Assembly (NCBI GenBank): GCA_045803545.1
Contig: JBJMOW010000005.1
Location: forward strand, 1,408,001 to 1,472,000
Source: Gemmatimonadaceae bacterium
GTDB lineage: Bacteria; Gemmatimonadota; Gemmatimonadetes; Gemmatimonadales; Gemmatimonadaceae
Reading direction: 5' to 3'
Length of the DNA stretch: 64,000 nt
Positions 40,525-48,575 of the stretch are shown here, piece after piece. The notes under the pieces are model-generated. The model was not told the DNA's origin, made no database searches, and was given only the letters and a program-made list of their open reading frames with translations. Each line of letters opens with the position of its first letter. Positions within the stretch are counted from its first letter, which is position 1. The translations under genes and the position numbers were made by a program.

Positions 40525-41730
40525 GTGCTCGCCGAGCGGCTCAGGGCTTCCCGGCGTGAGCTCACCGCGCTCTGGCTCGATCGGATCTCCAGCCGCATTG
40601 CGCTCGACCCGAACAAAGTCTTCCCGACTGAGGATCTGCTCGACCACGTCCCGCTCCTCATCGACGGAGTGGCCGAGTATGTCCAGAATCCCGCGGCCGA
40701 GATCGGCGCCGACATGCCGGTCGTCGCCAAGGCGATGGAGCTGGGCGCGCTGCGTCACGGGCAGGGTTTCGACGCCTATCAGATCCTCAAGGAGTACGAG
40801 TTCCTCGGCGGGATCCTCTTCACATTCTTCACGAAGACGGTCGACGAAATCGACGAGCCCTGCGGCAAAGCGGAGCTGATGGCGTGCGGATCGCGACTCT
40901 TCCGCGCGATCACCATCATCCAGCAGGCGACGATGACGCACTTTCTCGTGCTCGCGGACAAGGTGGTCGCGGAGCGCGAAGACAGACTGCGCGCGTTCAA
41001 CCGCGTCATCTCCCACGAGATCAAGAACCGCATCGGCGCGGTGCTCGGCGCCAGCAGCGTGCTGAGAGAAGTACCCAATCTGCCCGTCGACAAGCACGAC
41101 GAGCTGGTCGACATCATCGGACGCAACGCGCGCGAGATGGGTGACACCGTCGACAACGTGATCGTTCTCTCCCGCGTCGGAACCGACGACGCGCGCCAGC
41201 ACCGCAACATCATGCTTCCGGAAGCGATCCGGGAAGCAGTGCGTCAGCTTCGCGAAGCCGCGCAGTCTGCCAAGGTCGATGTCCGTATCGACGCCAACAT
41301 TCCCGCAATCGAAGTCAACGCCGCGGTGATAGAGCTGTGCATCAAGAACTACCTCTCGAACGCGCTCAAGTACGCCGAGCCCGCGAGGGGCAACCGGTTC
41401 GTCGAGATCAGCGCCGTCGAGGAGGAGAAGATCACTGGCAAGCGCGAGCTGATCGTGCGCGTCGCGGACAACGGAATCGGAGTGCCGTCGGACAAGCGAG
41501 AGCACCTCTTCGAGCGATTCTATCGTGCTCACGAAGGCAACATGGCGATCACGGGAACCGGGCTTGGCCTCAACATCGTGCGCGAGATTGCCGAAGCGCA
41601 GGGAGGAAGGGCGTGGGCCGAGTACCCGGAGCAGGGGTCGATCTTTTTGCTGGCCCTGCCGCTTCGACGAGAGAAGGAGGTGACGGGCGAGCATCGGGCC
41701 CACACAGGCGCGCTTCAAACGCGTCCATAG
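40525..41730 (+). CDS. Cytoplasmic sensor histidine kinase with RsbRD-N-like N-terminus
   Basis: H-box SHEIKN, N-box NYLSNALKY, G1 DNGIG, F-box LFERFYR, G2 GTGLGL. Confidence 0.92.
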   Translation: MLAERLRASRRELTALWLDRISSRIALDPNKVFPTEDLLDHVPLLIDGVAEYVQNPAAEIGADMPVVAKAMELGALRHGQGFDAYQILKEYEFLGGILFTFFTKTVDEIDEPCGKAELMACGSRLFRAITIIQQATMTHFLVLADKVVAEREDRLRAFNRVISHEIKNRIGAVLGASSVLREVPNLPVDKHDELVDIIGRNAREMGDTVDNVIVLSRVGTDDARQHRNIMLPEAIREAVRQLREAAQSAKVDVRIDANIPAIEVNAAVIELCIKNYLSNALKYAEPARGNRFVEISAVEEEKITGKRELIVRVADNGIGVPSDKREHLFERFYRAHEGNMAITGTGLGLNIVREIAEAQGGRAWAEYPEQGSIFLLALPLRREKEVTGEHRAHTGALQTRP

Positions 41731-41805
41731 TCGACCCACCTTCCCTCCGCTGGCGGATGTTCACTCACGCACCCCATGTTCTGAATCCCACCGCTGGAGG
41801 GATTC

Positions 41806-42810
41806 ATGTCCGTCAACAGCTACGCTGCCTTCGCTCCCCACGAGAGCCTCAAACCGCACACATTCGATTTCGGCGCGCTCGGCGCCAATGAAGTCGAGAT
41901 CGACGTCAGCCACTGCGGTATCTGTCACAGCGATCTTCATCTCATCGACAACGATTGGGGATTCAGCTCATACCCGTTGACGCCCGGCCACGAAGCCGCC
42001 GGCGAAGTAGTCGCACTCGGCTCGGCGGTGAAGTCGCTGAAGCCGGGAGATCGTGTCGGTGTGGGTTGGCTCGCGGGGAGCTGCGGGTCGTGCGAGCAAT
42101 GCACCGAAGGCCACGAGAACAACTGCGCTGGATGGCAGCCCACCTGCGTCGGCAGAGCGGGCGGGTTCGCCGACAAGCTGCGCGTAGATCACCGCTTCGC
42201 CTTCGAGCTCCCGAAAGAAATTAAGTCGGACGAAGCCGGTCCGCTCATGTGCGGTGGAGCGACGATGTTCAGTCCACTCGAGGACAACGACGTGAAGGAC
42301 GGCGCCCGAGTTGGAGTCGTCAGCATCGGCGGCCTCGGCCACCTCGGCGTCCAGTTCGCCCGAGCGCGTGGGTGCAAAGTGACAGCGTTCTCGACATCAG
42401 CGAGCAAAGAGGCAGAGTGTCGCGAGATGGGAGCGTCGGATTTTGCCGTCATCACGGATGCCGATGCAGTCAAAGCCCGAATGAATTCACTGGATTTTCT
42501 GATGACGACGGCCCCGACGGATTTGCCGTGGGACACACTCATCGGACTTCTACGTCCGCGGGGAGCGTTATGCATACTCGGCATCCCGCCCAATCCGGTG
42601 CAGTTCCAATCATTCCCGCTGCTCGCGGGCAGCAAGAAGATTATCGGCAGCAACACCGGCAGCGCTCGCGGAATCAAATCGATGTTGCACACCGCGGCCA
42701 AGAAGGGCGTGAGGCCCTTGGTCGAACGTCACGCGATGGCGGATGTAAATACTGCGCTCGATCGAGTGAGGAACAACCAGATCAGGTACCGTGCGGTGCT
42801 GGTGGCGTAG
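41806..42810 (+). CDS. Zn-dependent NAD(P)H alcohol dehydrogenase / aldehyde reductase (Ahr/YahK-like)
   Basis: CGICHSDLH, GHE, CGSCEQC.......C, GGLGH, RYRAVL. Confidence 0.93.
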   Translation: MSVNSYAAFAPHESLKPHTFDFGALGANEVEIDVSHCGICHSDLHLIDNDWGFSSYPLTPGHEAAGEVVALGSAVKSLKPGDRVGVGWLAGSCGSCEQCTEGHENNCAGWQPTCVGRAGGFADKLRVDHRFAFELPKEIKSDEAGPLMCGGATMFSPLEDNDVKDGARVGVVSIGGLGHLGVQFARARGCKVTAFSTSASKEAECREMGASDFAVITDADAVKARMNSLDFLMTTAPTDLPWDTLIGLLRPRGALCILGIPPNPVQFQSFPLLAGSKKIIGSNTGSARGIKSMLHTAAKKGVRPLVERHAMADVNTALDRVRNNQIRYRAVLVA

Positions 42811-43052
42811 GAACTCGTTGTTGGCTGGAACTCGGTGCAGACGTTGAACACCGCCTGCGCGTAGTAGTCGTGCGGTGGAGATCAGCGAGACTTTTTCGAT
42901 CCTCAGCACGTTCGCTTGGGTAGTATCTACAAGGCGTTGGTGACGACGCCGCGGGATCTGGCGCCGCCCAAAACGTCGCCACCAATCAAGACGGTGAGGC
43001 GATGTACCCGCGAAATGGTCGCCCACTGGTGACACAGCGAGCATGTGCTGGG

Positions 43053-43439
43053 TCAAAACCGACTCGCCGGCTCGTGATCCTCGAGCAGTTCGCAGAGTCG
43101 CGTTCCGTAGCTGCCCGGGAATACATGGCCGTAATTGACATCGTAAATGGTATAATGTCGCGGTAGCCAGTCACCGGTGCAGACTACGTCCACGCTATTT
43201 TCTGGCGTGTCGTAGTTCCGGGTCACACGCGGCGACACATATTCCCGCCAGAATTCCGGGTGCTTGGCGATAAGGGCTGCACAGACATGGTTCGCATTCG
43301 GGCCGTTGACCGCAAGGACTGCCAAATGGTCCCGCACCTGAACGGCGCACGCTTCGCCTCGACGGTGCACTACGACTCCCGCCGTCGTAGATACGGCAAC
43401 GACACCGATGACGAGAAGATAAATCAACTGTCGCTTCAT
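43053..43439 (-). CDS. Hypothetical membrane-anchored or secreted protein
   Basis: N-terminal hydrophobic helix, four Cys; no family recognised. Confidence 0.45.
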   Translation of the reverse strand: MKRQLIYLLVIGVVAVSTTAGVVVHRRGEACAVQVRDHLAVLAVNGPNANHVCAALIAKHPEFWREYVSPRVTRNYDTPENSVDVVCTGDWLPRHYTIYDVNYGHVFPGSYGTRLCELLEDHEPASRF

Positions 43440-43485
43440 TCCCTGCAACTCCGCCCAAGAGAATGGCTACAGAACTGCACCGGGC

Positions 43486-44817
43486 TTAACGGCAGACAGC
43501 CTGCAGGTTAGTGAGCTTTACGGTCTTACCTGAAACCACCGAGAATGCGTTGGACAGCACGAGCACCAGCGCACCAGGTTGGCCAGTGGTCACATTCAGG
43601 GTGACAGCCGTCTTTTTCCCGGACTCGAAGTAGACTTTGGCTTCGTGGGCGTTCACGTAGCTCTGGTAATCATCGGCAGGCATCACCAGCACGTTTACGT
43701 CCTTGCTCCCACCGGCGATCACTTCAACATGACCGGTGACCTGACAGCTCGGCTGCGCCGAAGTCGCCTCCCATCTGAAGCTTTGCACGAAGCCGGCTGG
43801 AATGACCATCTCCGTATCCAATGCGAGCTGCGTTACGCTCGGCGAGGGACCTTCTGCAACACGGCGCGTCGCCGGCGTTGGATAGCCGCAGTTGATGACT
43901 CCATTTTCAGTCGCGCACACCGCGGACGACTTGCCATGAGTCGCAGTCGCGGTCCAGCTCGGTGGCGGACCCTGCGTCGCAATCGCACGAATCGTGACGT
44001 TGCTTGACGGCGTGAATCCGTTGAGAGGTTTGCTGGCGGTCGCCTTGCCGGAGAAGTAAGCGCCTTCGTTGTCGGCGGAGAATTGCTCCTCATATGTGGC
44101 CAGATTACGCAGGTCACTCTTCATCTCGGCGATGAATGCGCGCTCACGAAGATCCTCCGTTCTACCGGACTCACCCCTCGCCGTTCTTATCGCTTGCTGT
44201 TTCATCCCGGTGTCGTACGTGGGCGGAGCCGGCGCCATCGCAGGCGCGGCGGTGTCCGCATCCGCGGCTGAGAGCAAACTGGTCGGACATCCGTTGAGGC
44301 GAGAGAAGAAAACCGCGGCGTCTTTTCTAACTGCGCGATCGGTCTCCCGCGCGTCGGGACTGGTTATTGGCTGAACGGCATTCTTTCCGTCAAGCCACTG
44401 CACCAACCTGCCATTCATATAGTAGAGGCGATCATCTGATCTCTCCACCGCCGGCCCATACAGTTGATCGGAGCGCTGACTCTCGATTTGCACCAGGAAC
44501 AGCGAGCCGTCCCAGAAATAAAATGTGGTAACGCTGCTTCCATGCTCGCCGAAATCAGTCGCAACAATACGTCGAGTATCAGTGGCCTTGCACGAGACCT
44601 CCAACTTTCCACCATCAGTGGACCGACGGTCGATGCCGAGTGCGTCCATGTCTACCGCAATCGTCCGATAGCTGGGGAGCTCTCGGTTGATTGTAGCGTA
44701 ACGGGCAGGATAGCTCGCGAGTGAATTCGCAGGCTGTGTAGACCGCGTCTGCGCCAGGGAGGGGGCTGCAACGAAAAACGTCGCTAGCGCGACGCGTGAG
44801 AGCGATTGGATTGTCAT
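43486..44817 (-). CDS. Secreted multidomain protein with an internal pilin-like globular domain
   Basis: Signal peptide; AFIAEMKSDLRNLATYEE...GFTPS.NVTI...WTATATH...C segment. Confidence 0.6.
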   Translation of the reverse strand: MTIQSLSRVALATFFVAAPSLAQTRSTQPANSLASYPARYATINRELPSYRTIAVDMDALGIDRRSTDGGKLEVSCKATDTRRIVATDFGEHGSSVTTFYFWDGSLFLVQIESQRSDQLYGPAVERSDDRLYYMNGRLVQWLDGKNAVQPITSPDARETDRAVRKDAAVFFSRLNGCPTSLLSAADADTAAPAMAPAPPTYDTGMKQQAIRTARGESGRTEDLRERAFIAEMKSDLRNLATYEEQFSADNEGAYFSGKATASKPLNGFTPSSNVTIRAIATQGPPPSWTATATHGKSSAVCATENGVINCGYPTPATRRVAEGPSPSVTQLALDTEMVIPAGFVQSFRWEATSAQPSCQVTGHVEVIAGGSKDVNVLVMPADDYQSYVNAHEAKVYFESGKKTAVTLNVTTGQPGALVLVLSNAFSVVSGKTVKLTNLQAVCR

Positions 44818-45064
44818 CGTAATTGTGGGAGGGGAAGAACTACCTTAAGACGCGCAGCCAGACTTCACGGCAACCCGAAAACACATCGACAAGTGGCCGC
44901 GCCAGTCCGACACACGTCGACTGATAGAAAAATGACCTGCCAGTGATATGAAAACGACATATCGCGGGTAATTCCAAGCCACATATTCGGAGAACCCTTG
45001 CGGAGCCAACACGTTATGGCTTCCCGGACATCCCGGTTGTAGGTTCGGAAGAGCTGGAGGACGT

Positions 45065-45538
45065 ATGCGAATTAGCGCACTTATCGCGGTAACATCGCTC
45101 TGCCTGGCGACTCACTCGCTGGTCGGTCAGGAAAAAACATCACAGGGCGCCGCAGTTACACGCGTCGCCACCCCGTTGCGTGAGGGGCCATCGGTAGAAT
45201 CGGCCGCCTTTGCGACGATACCGCCGAAGACCAGTGTGAACGTGTCATCGTGCACCGATGGGTGGTGCGCGGTGGAATATCAAAACCGCACAGGGCACGT
45301 CATACAAGTCTTCTTGCGGTTTGCGCCACTTGCTGCGCCGCAAACACTGAAGTCAGCGCCACCCAGTGGCCGCGGCTACACAAACTCGCAGGGAGAATGG
45401 GTCCAATCGCCGACGCGCACGCTGACCGGCCAAGCCCCTGCGGGAGCCAGCGCGAAGTGTCGAGACGACACGTACAGCTTCAGCCGATCACGCCGGGGCA
45501 CTTGCTCGCATCACGGCGGCGTTGCGCTGTGGCTTTAG
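45065..45538 (+). CDS. Secreted SH3b plus DUF3761-like protein
   Basis: LREGPS...C.DGWC.V.Y SH3; YTNSQGEWVQSP...GASAKCRD.TYSFS.SRRGTCSHHGGV. Confidence 0.88.
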   Translation: MRISALIAVTSLCLATHSLVGQEKTSQGAAVTRVATPLREGPSVESAAFATIPPKTSVNVSSCTDGWCAVEYQNRTGHVIQVFLRFAPLAAPQTLKSAPPSGRGYTNSQGEWVQSPTRTLTGQAPAGASAKCRDDTYSFSRSRRGTCSHHGGVALWL

Positions 45539-45700
45539 TGGAGAGCGTTGAACCCGGGCGGGTAGAAAAGCCGTCGATACTTGGCGTTGATGGGTGTAAG
45601 GGTGGGTGGATTGCGGCCGTGCACGGTGGCGCGGCCGCCACACGTCTAGAGTTTTTTCCATTTTTCGACCAGATCGAATCGGGGGCTTTCTTCGGGGCGC
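45538..45700 (+). pseudogene. Truncated DUF429-like (RNase H fold) gene, N-terminus only
   Basis: GTG overlapping the upstream TAG; ILGVDGCKGGWIAA motif; frame then runs into the opposite-strand DUF262 gene. Confidence 0.65.
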
Positions 45701-45707
45701 TATCTCT

Positions 45708-47099
45708 TCAAGAGACTTTCGCGCTTTTTTTCAAGTTGTGCGGGCGGCAAAGAACCTGAGCGTTGGCTGTATTTGTCTGGCCGCCTCGACTATGCGGTAT
45801 AACATGATCCGCATCATACTCGCGCCACGCAACCTCAGATTCGTCAGGAGTCTTTCCTTCAGAGAGGCACATCTTGCAGAGCCCATTGTCGCGTCTATAG
45901 ATCGCGATCCGCTCGCTCTCGTCGAATTCACGTTTTTGATCCTTCGTTTTGAGTGACTTCTTCCTGCGGGTCAGGTCCGCAAAAAACAGTTGCCTCAGGA
46001 CCCGAAGTCGAATCTCAATATCCTTCGCCGAATGTTGCCGGTGATCCGAGAAATTCAACACATCTAAATCGGTTTCTCGCCGTTCGCGCCATCGCTGATG
46101 GAATGCAATTGTGAACTTGAGGAAGTCTTTGCTCTCGTCTGGCCCGAATACGTAGTACTGTAAAAGGTGACGCAACAAAAGATAGAACGAGATTATGAAG
46201 TACTCGATCCGAAACTCTTTCATTCCATCCCCGCCTTTTACCATCGGATCCGCCGCGAAAACTTTGTAAAAAGCATTCATGATTTTCAGGGTGTCCTTGG
46301 CAATTGGGAAACTCTCAAATGACTCGTCCCCTATGCCTGTAGGCTGTTCCCATTTCTCAATGAAGTCGCCCACTTCAGTGTCTCTGATGTCCGCAACACC
46401 GTCGTTCTCCTCGAGTATTACTAGCCGCGCGAGCAGAGCGAGATGCTGCATACGGTCGTTGTTTCTGTCGATGACTTTGAAGAATTGATGCTTGTGCGGA
46501 TTTTTGTCGAGCGGACGGTACGACGTATAATCGAAGCTTATATCGTCGGCGTATTTGACTATGAAATTCCGTGACAAGCTAGCTACGCGCGCATGGGCTA
46601 TTTCCATGAAAGTAAGGCTCTCTCCTTGTTGGAGGCGCCAAAAAATGTCAGCTGCAATTCGTTGGTGATCAGGGTTCGTGGGAGTTTCGATCCCTTTGAC
46701 GACATCGGCATTAAACTTCAGCTCCTTGTCGACAAACTTTCGGAGTTCCGTTGGTAGCTGGCTGTATTTTTTCCCCGGTAATGATGCGTGCACATCCTTG
46801 AGCGATGAAGGCAGGACCAGCTCATCGCTGAAGAACTCCTTGGCCGTCGTGATCCGTTGCTGGCCATCGATGATTTCCTTCGCAATCTTTTGATCGGAAA
46901 GCCGAACGTATCTCACCACTATTCGAGGTACGTAATATCGGCGGAAAAGGCTGTCCAGGAGCGCTAACTTCTTTTTACGACTCCATACACTTTTCCTCTG
47001 GTAGGGCGGGCGGACGACGTAATCATCCCAGTAGGCGTAGAAGTCCCTAAGCGGGATACTATCAAAAGTGACGTCATAGCTAGTCAAAGGATCAAACAC
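45708..47099 (-). CDS. DUF262 (ParB/Srx-like) plus C-terminal HNH endonuclease, GmrSD-related
   Basis: PPYQR..VW, IIDGQQRITT, IFWRLQQG; C..C...DHVIPHSRGG.T...N.QVLC..HN; GGAGG RBS before GTG 47099. Confidence 0.9.
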   Translation of the reverse strand: MFDPLTSYDVTFDSIPLRDFYAYWDDYVVRPPYQRKSVWSRKKKLALLDSLFRRYYVPRIVVRYVRLSDQKIAKEIIDGQQRITTAKEFFSDELVLPSSLKDVHASLPGKKYSQLPTELRKFVDKELKFNADVVKGIETPTNPDHQRIAADIFWRLQQGESLTFMEIAHARVASLSRNFIVKYADDISFDYTSYRPLDKNPHKHQFFKVIDRNNDRMQHLALLARLVILEENDGVADIRDTEVGDFIEKWEQPTGIGDESFESFPIAKDTLKIMNAFYKVFAADPMVKGGDGMKEFRIEYFIISFYLLLRHLLQYYVFGPDESKDFLKFTIAFHQRWRERRETDLDVLNFSDHRQHSAKDIEIRLRVLRQLFFADLTRRKKSLKTKDQKREFDESERIAIYRRDNGLCKMCLSEGKTPDESEVAWREYDADHVIPHSRGGQTNTANAQVLCRPHNLKKSAKVS

Positions 47100-47236
47100 G
47101 CCAAGACCTCCGACGTTATTGGCAGGCGAGGCAAATCGCACTGAGTCCGGACGGCTACTTTAGTTGTTTGCCGACGGGCGCACAACTGGGTACGCCCCCA
47201 GGTGCCATAAAGCTCTAAGCGTCGCCTCGCCGCGCT

Positions 47237-47803
47237 TTGATTGACCATCCTAATACTCTAGCCGAGGCAATCCTCGCCAATATCGATATGAACACGGACA
47301 AAGTCTATCAACGCATTGGAGAATTTGTGGTTAGTTACCAATGGGTCGAAGACAAGTACCGGCAGATCGGTCAGTTCATCCTGGATCCGAATCGAACTGT
47401 TTGGCCTCCTACCGCGCTGCGCAATGAGACGACGCAGCAACTGTTAAAAAAGGTCACGCGACTCTACGAGGAAGCACTTTCAACCATGCATCTCCCACAT
47501 GAAGGCGAAATGCGTGCATCCTTCCATGAGACTACGGCTCGCTTCAATAAGCTTCGACAGGTCCGGAACAGAATTCTGCATTCGGTTTACATCGAGATCA
47601 AATCTGGCGGCGAGATCCGGGGTCTTCTCAGAGCAGATATTCAGAATCGCCAAAACGAACAGCAACTCGATCCTCCTGCACAAGAATTCTTGTCAGATAA
47701 GTCATTCGAAAAAATCATGGAACGACTTGGATCCGTCGCTATCGACATTAGCAGGCATTACATGCAGCTACTTCATCGGTTCGGCGTTCATTTTGGGGCC
47801 TGA
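47237..47803 (+). CDS. Putative HEPN-like protein
   Basis: Predominantly helical-looking; IGEFVVSYQWVE helix and RNRILH (R-X4-H). Confidence 0.55.
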   Translation: MIDHPNTLAEAILANIDMNTDKVYQRIGEFVVSYQWVEDKYRQIGQFILDPNRTVWPPTALRNETTQQLLKKVTRLYEEALSTMHLPHEGEMRASFHETTARFNKLRQVRNRILHSVYIEIKSGGEIRGLLRADIQNRQNEQQLDPPAQEFLSDKSFEKIMERLGSVAIDISRHYMQLLHRFGVHFGA

Positions 47804-47857
47804 CAAGCCTTAGGACCGTGACGTAAAAGACGACACGAATGCGACGCTTAAGCAAAT

Positions 47858-48547
47858 TTATTTCCGCGGCTTGGCTGCATCGGAGGCGCTCCATTCTGGT
47901 CGGGGTGTCCGGCCAGATTGACGAGTCTCTACTCGTATAACGAAGTCGCGAACGTCTGGAATTGAGTAGTCTACCGTCAGTTCGACAACTGCATTGCGCT
48001 TCGTGGCAATCTTTCTGCGCGCAGACCAATCAAAGTCCTGAATTCTTTGGAACGTTCGTCGTCCGCGAGGGAATGGGTACGGCTTCGTCGCGCCGGTATT
48101 CATCGGACTGACTGTCACGCAGTCGCTGTGAACACCGAGAAGAGCGCTGGTATCTAAAATTAGAACCGTGTGCTGTCTATCTCGATACGCGCGCGCATCA
48201 AGCATGCCCTCCAACCTGTGCTCACTAACCCAGAAAAACACTCGGCGATTTATCGTTTCGTACCACTCTTTGGGCGTGAGACCGTCCTGAAGGCAGCGTA
48301 AGAGTCCGCGGTCGTCAAGTGGAAGATTGTCCCTTAGCTCAAAGCTACCGATCCCAGGTCGGGAGAGCCGATTTATTTCGTGGCGCCGTTGCGATTCGAG
48401 CGCTGCTCTTTCTGAAGCGCTAACGGACACGAGATCGAGTATCGCGCTCGTGCTAAGCAACCCGTGTTGTCGGATGCTTGGCCAGCTCCCGTGCGTAGCC
48501 ATGTGATACAGCCACGGGTACTCGCTTATAAACTGGTCGATCTTCAT
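47858..48547 (-). CDS. DarT-like ADP-ribosyltransferase-fold protein
   Basis: LYHMAT.GSWPSIRQHGLLS N-terminus, RVFFW strand, VVELTV...IP catalytic-Glu-like strand. Confidence 0.7.
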   Translation of the reverse strand: MKIDQFISEYPWLYHMATHGSWPSIRQHGLLSTSAILDLVSVSASERAALESQRRHEINRLSRPGIGSFELRDNLPLDDRGLLRCLQDGLTPKEWYETINRRVFFWVSEHRLEGMLDARAYRDRQHTVLILDTSALLGVHSDCVTVSPMNTGATKPYPFPRGRRTFQRIQDFDWSARRKIATKRNAVVELTVDYSIPDVRDFVIRVETRQSGRTPRPEWSASDAAKPRK

Positions 48548-48575
48548 CGAGCGAGGCTAACACAGGTTGATCCGA

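Noticed and set aside
40381..41739. 452-aa minus-strand ORF and similar long antisense ORFs (e.g. 8689-9498, 55828-56556, 60831-61748)
   Set aside because: Shadow frames of well-supported genes in high-GC DNA, with no recognisable motifs.
42811..45064. Integron cassette array
   Set aside because: The short ORFan-like genes are suggestive, but I found no attC-like repeats or integron integrase.
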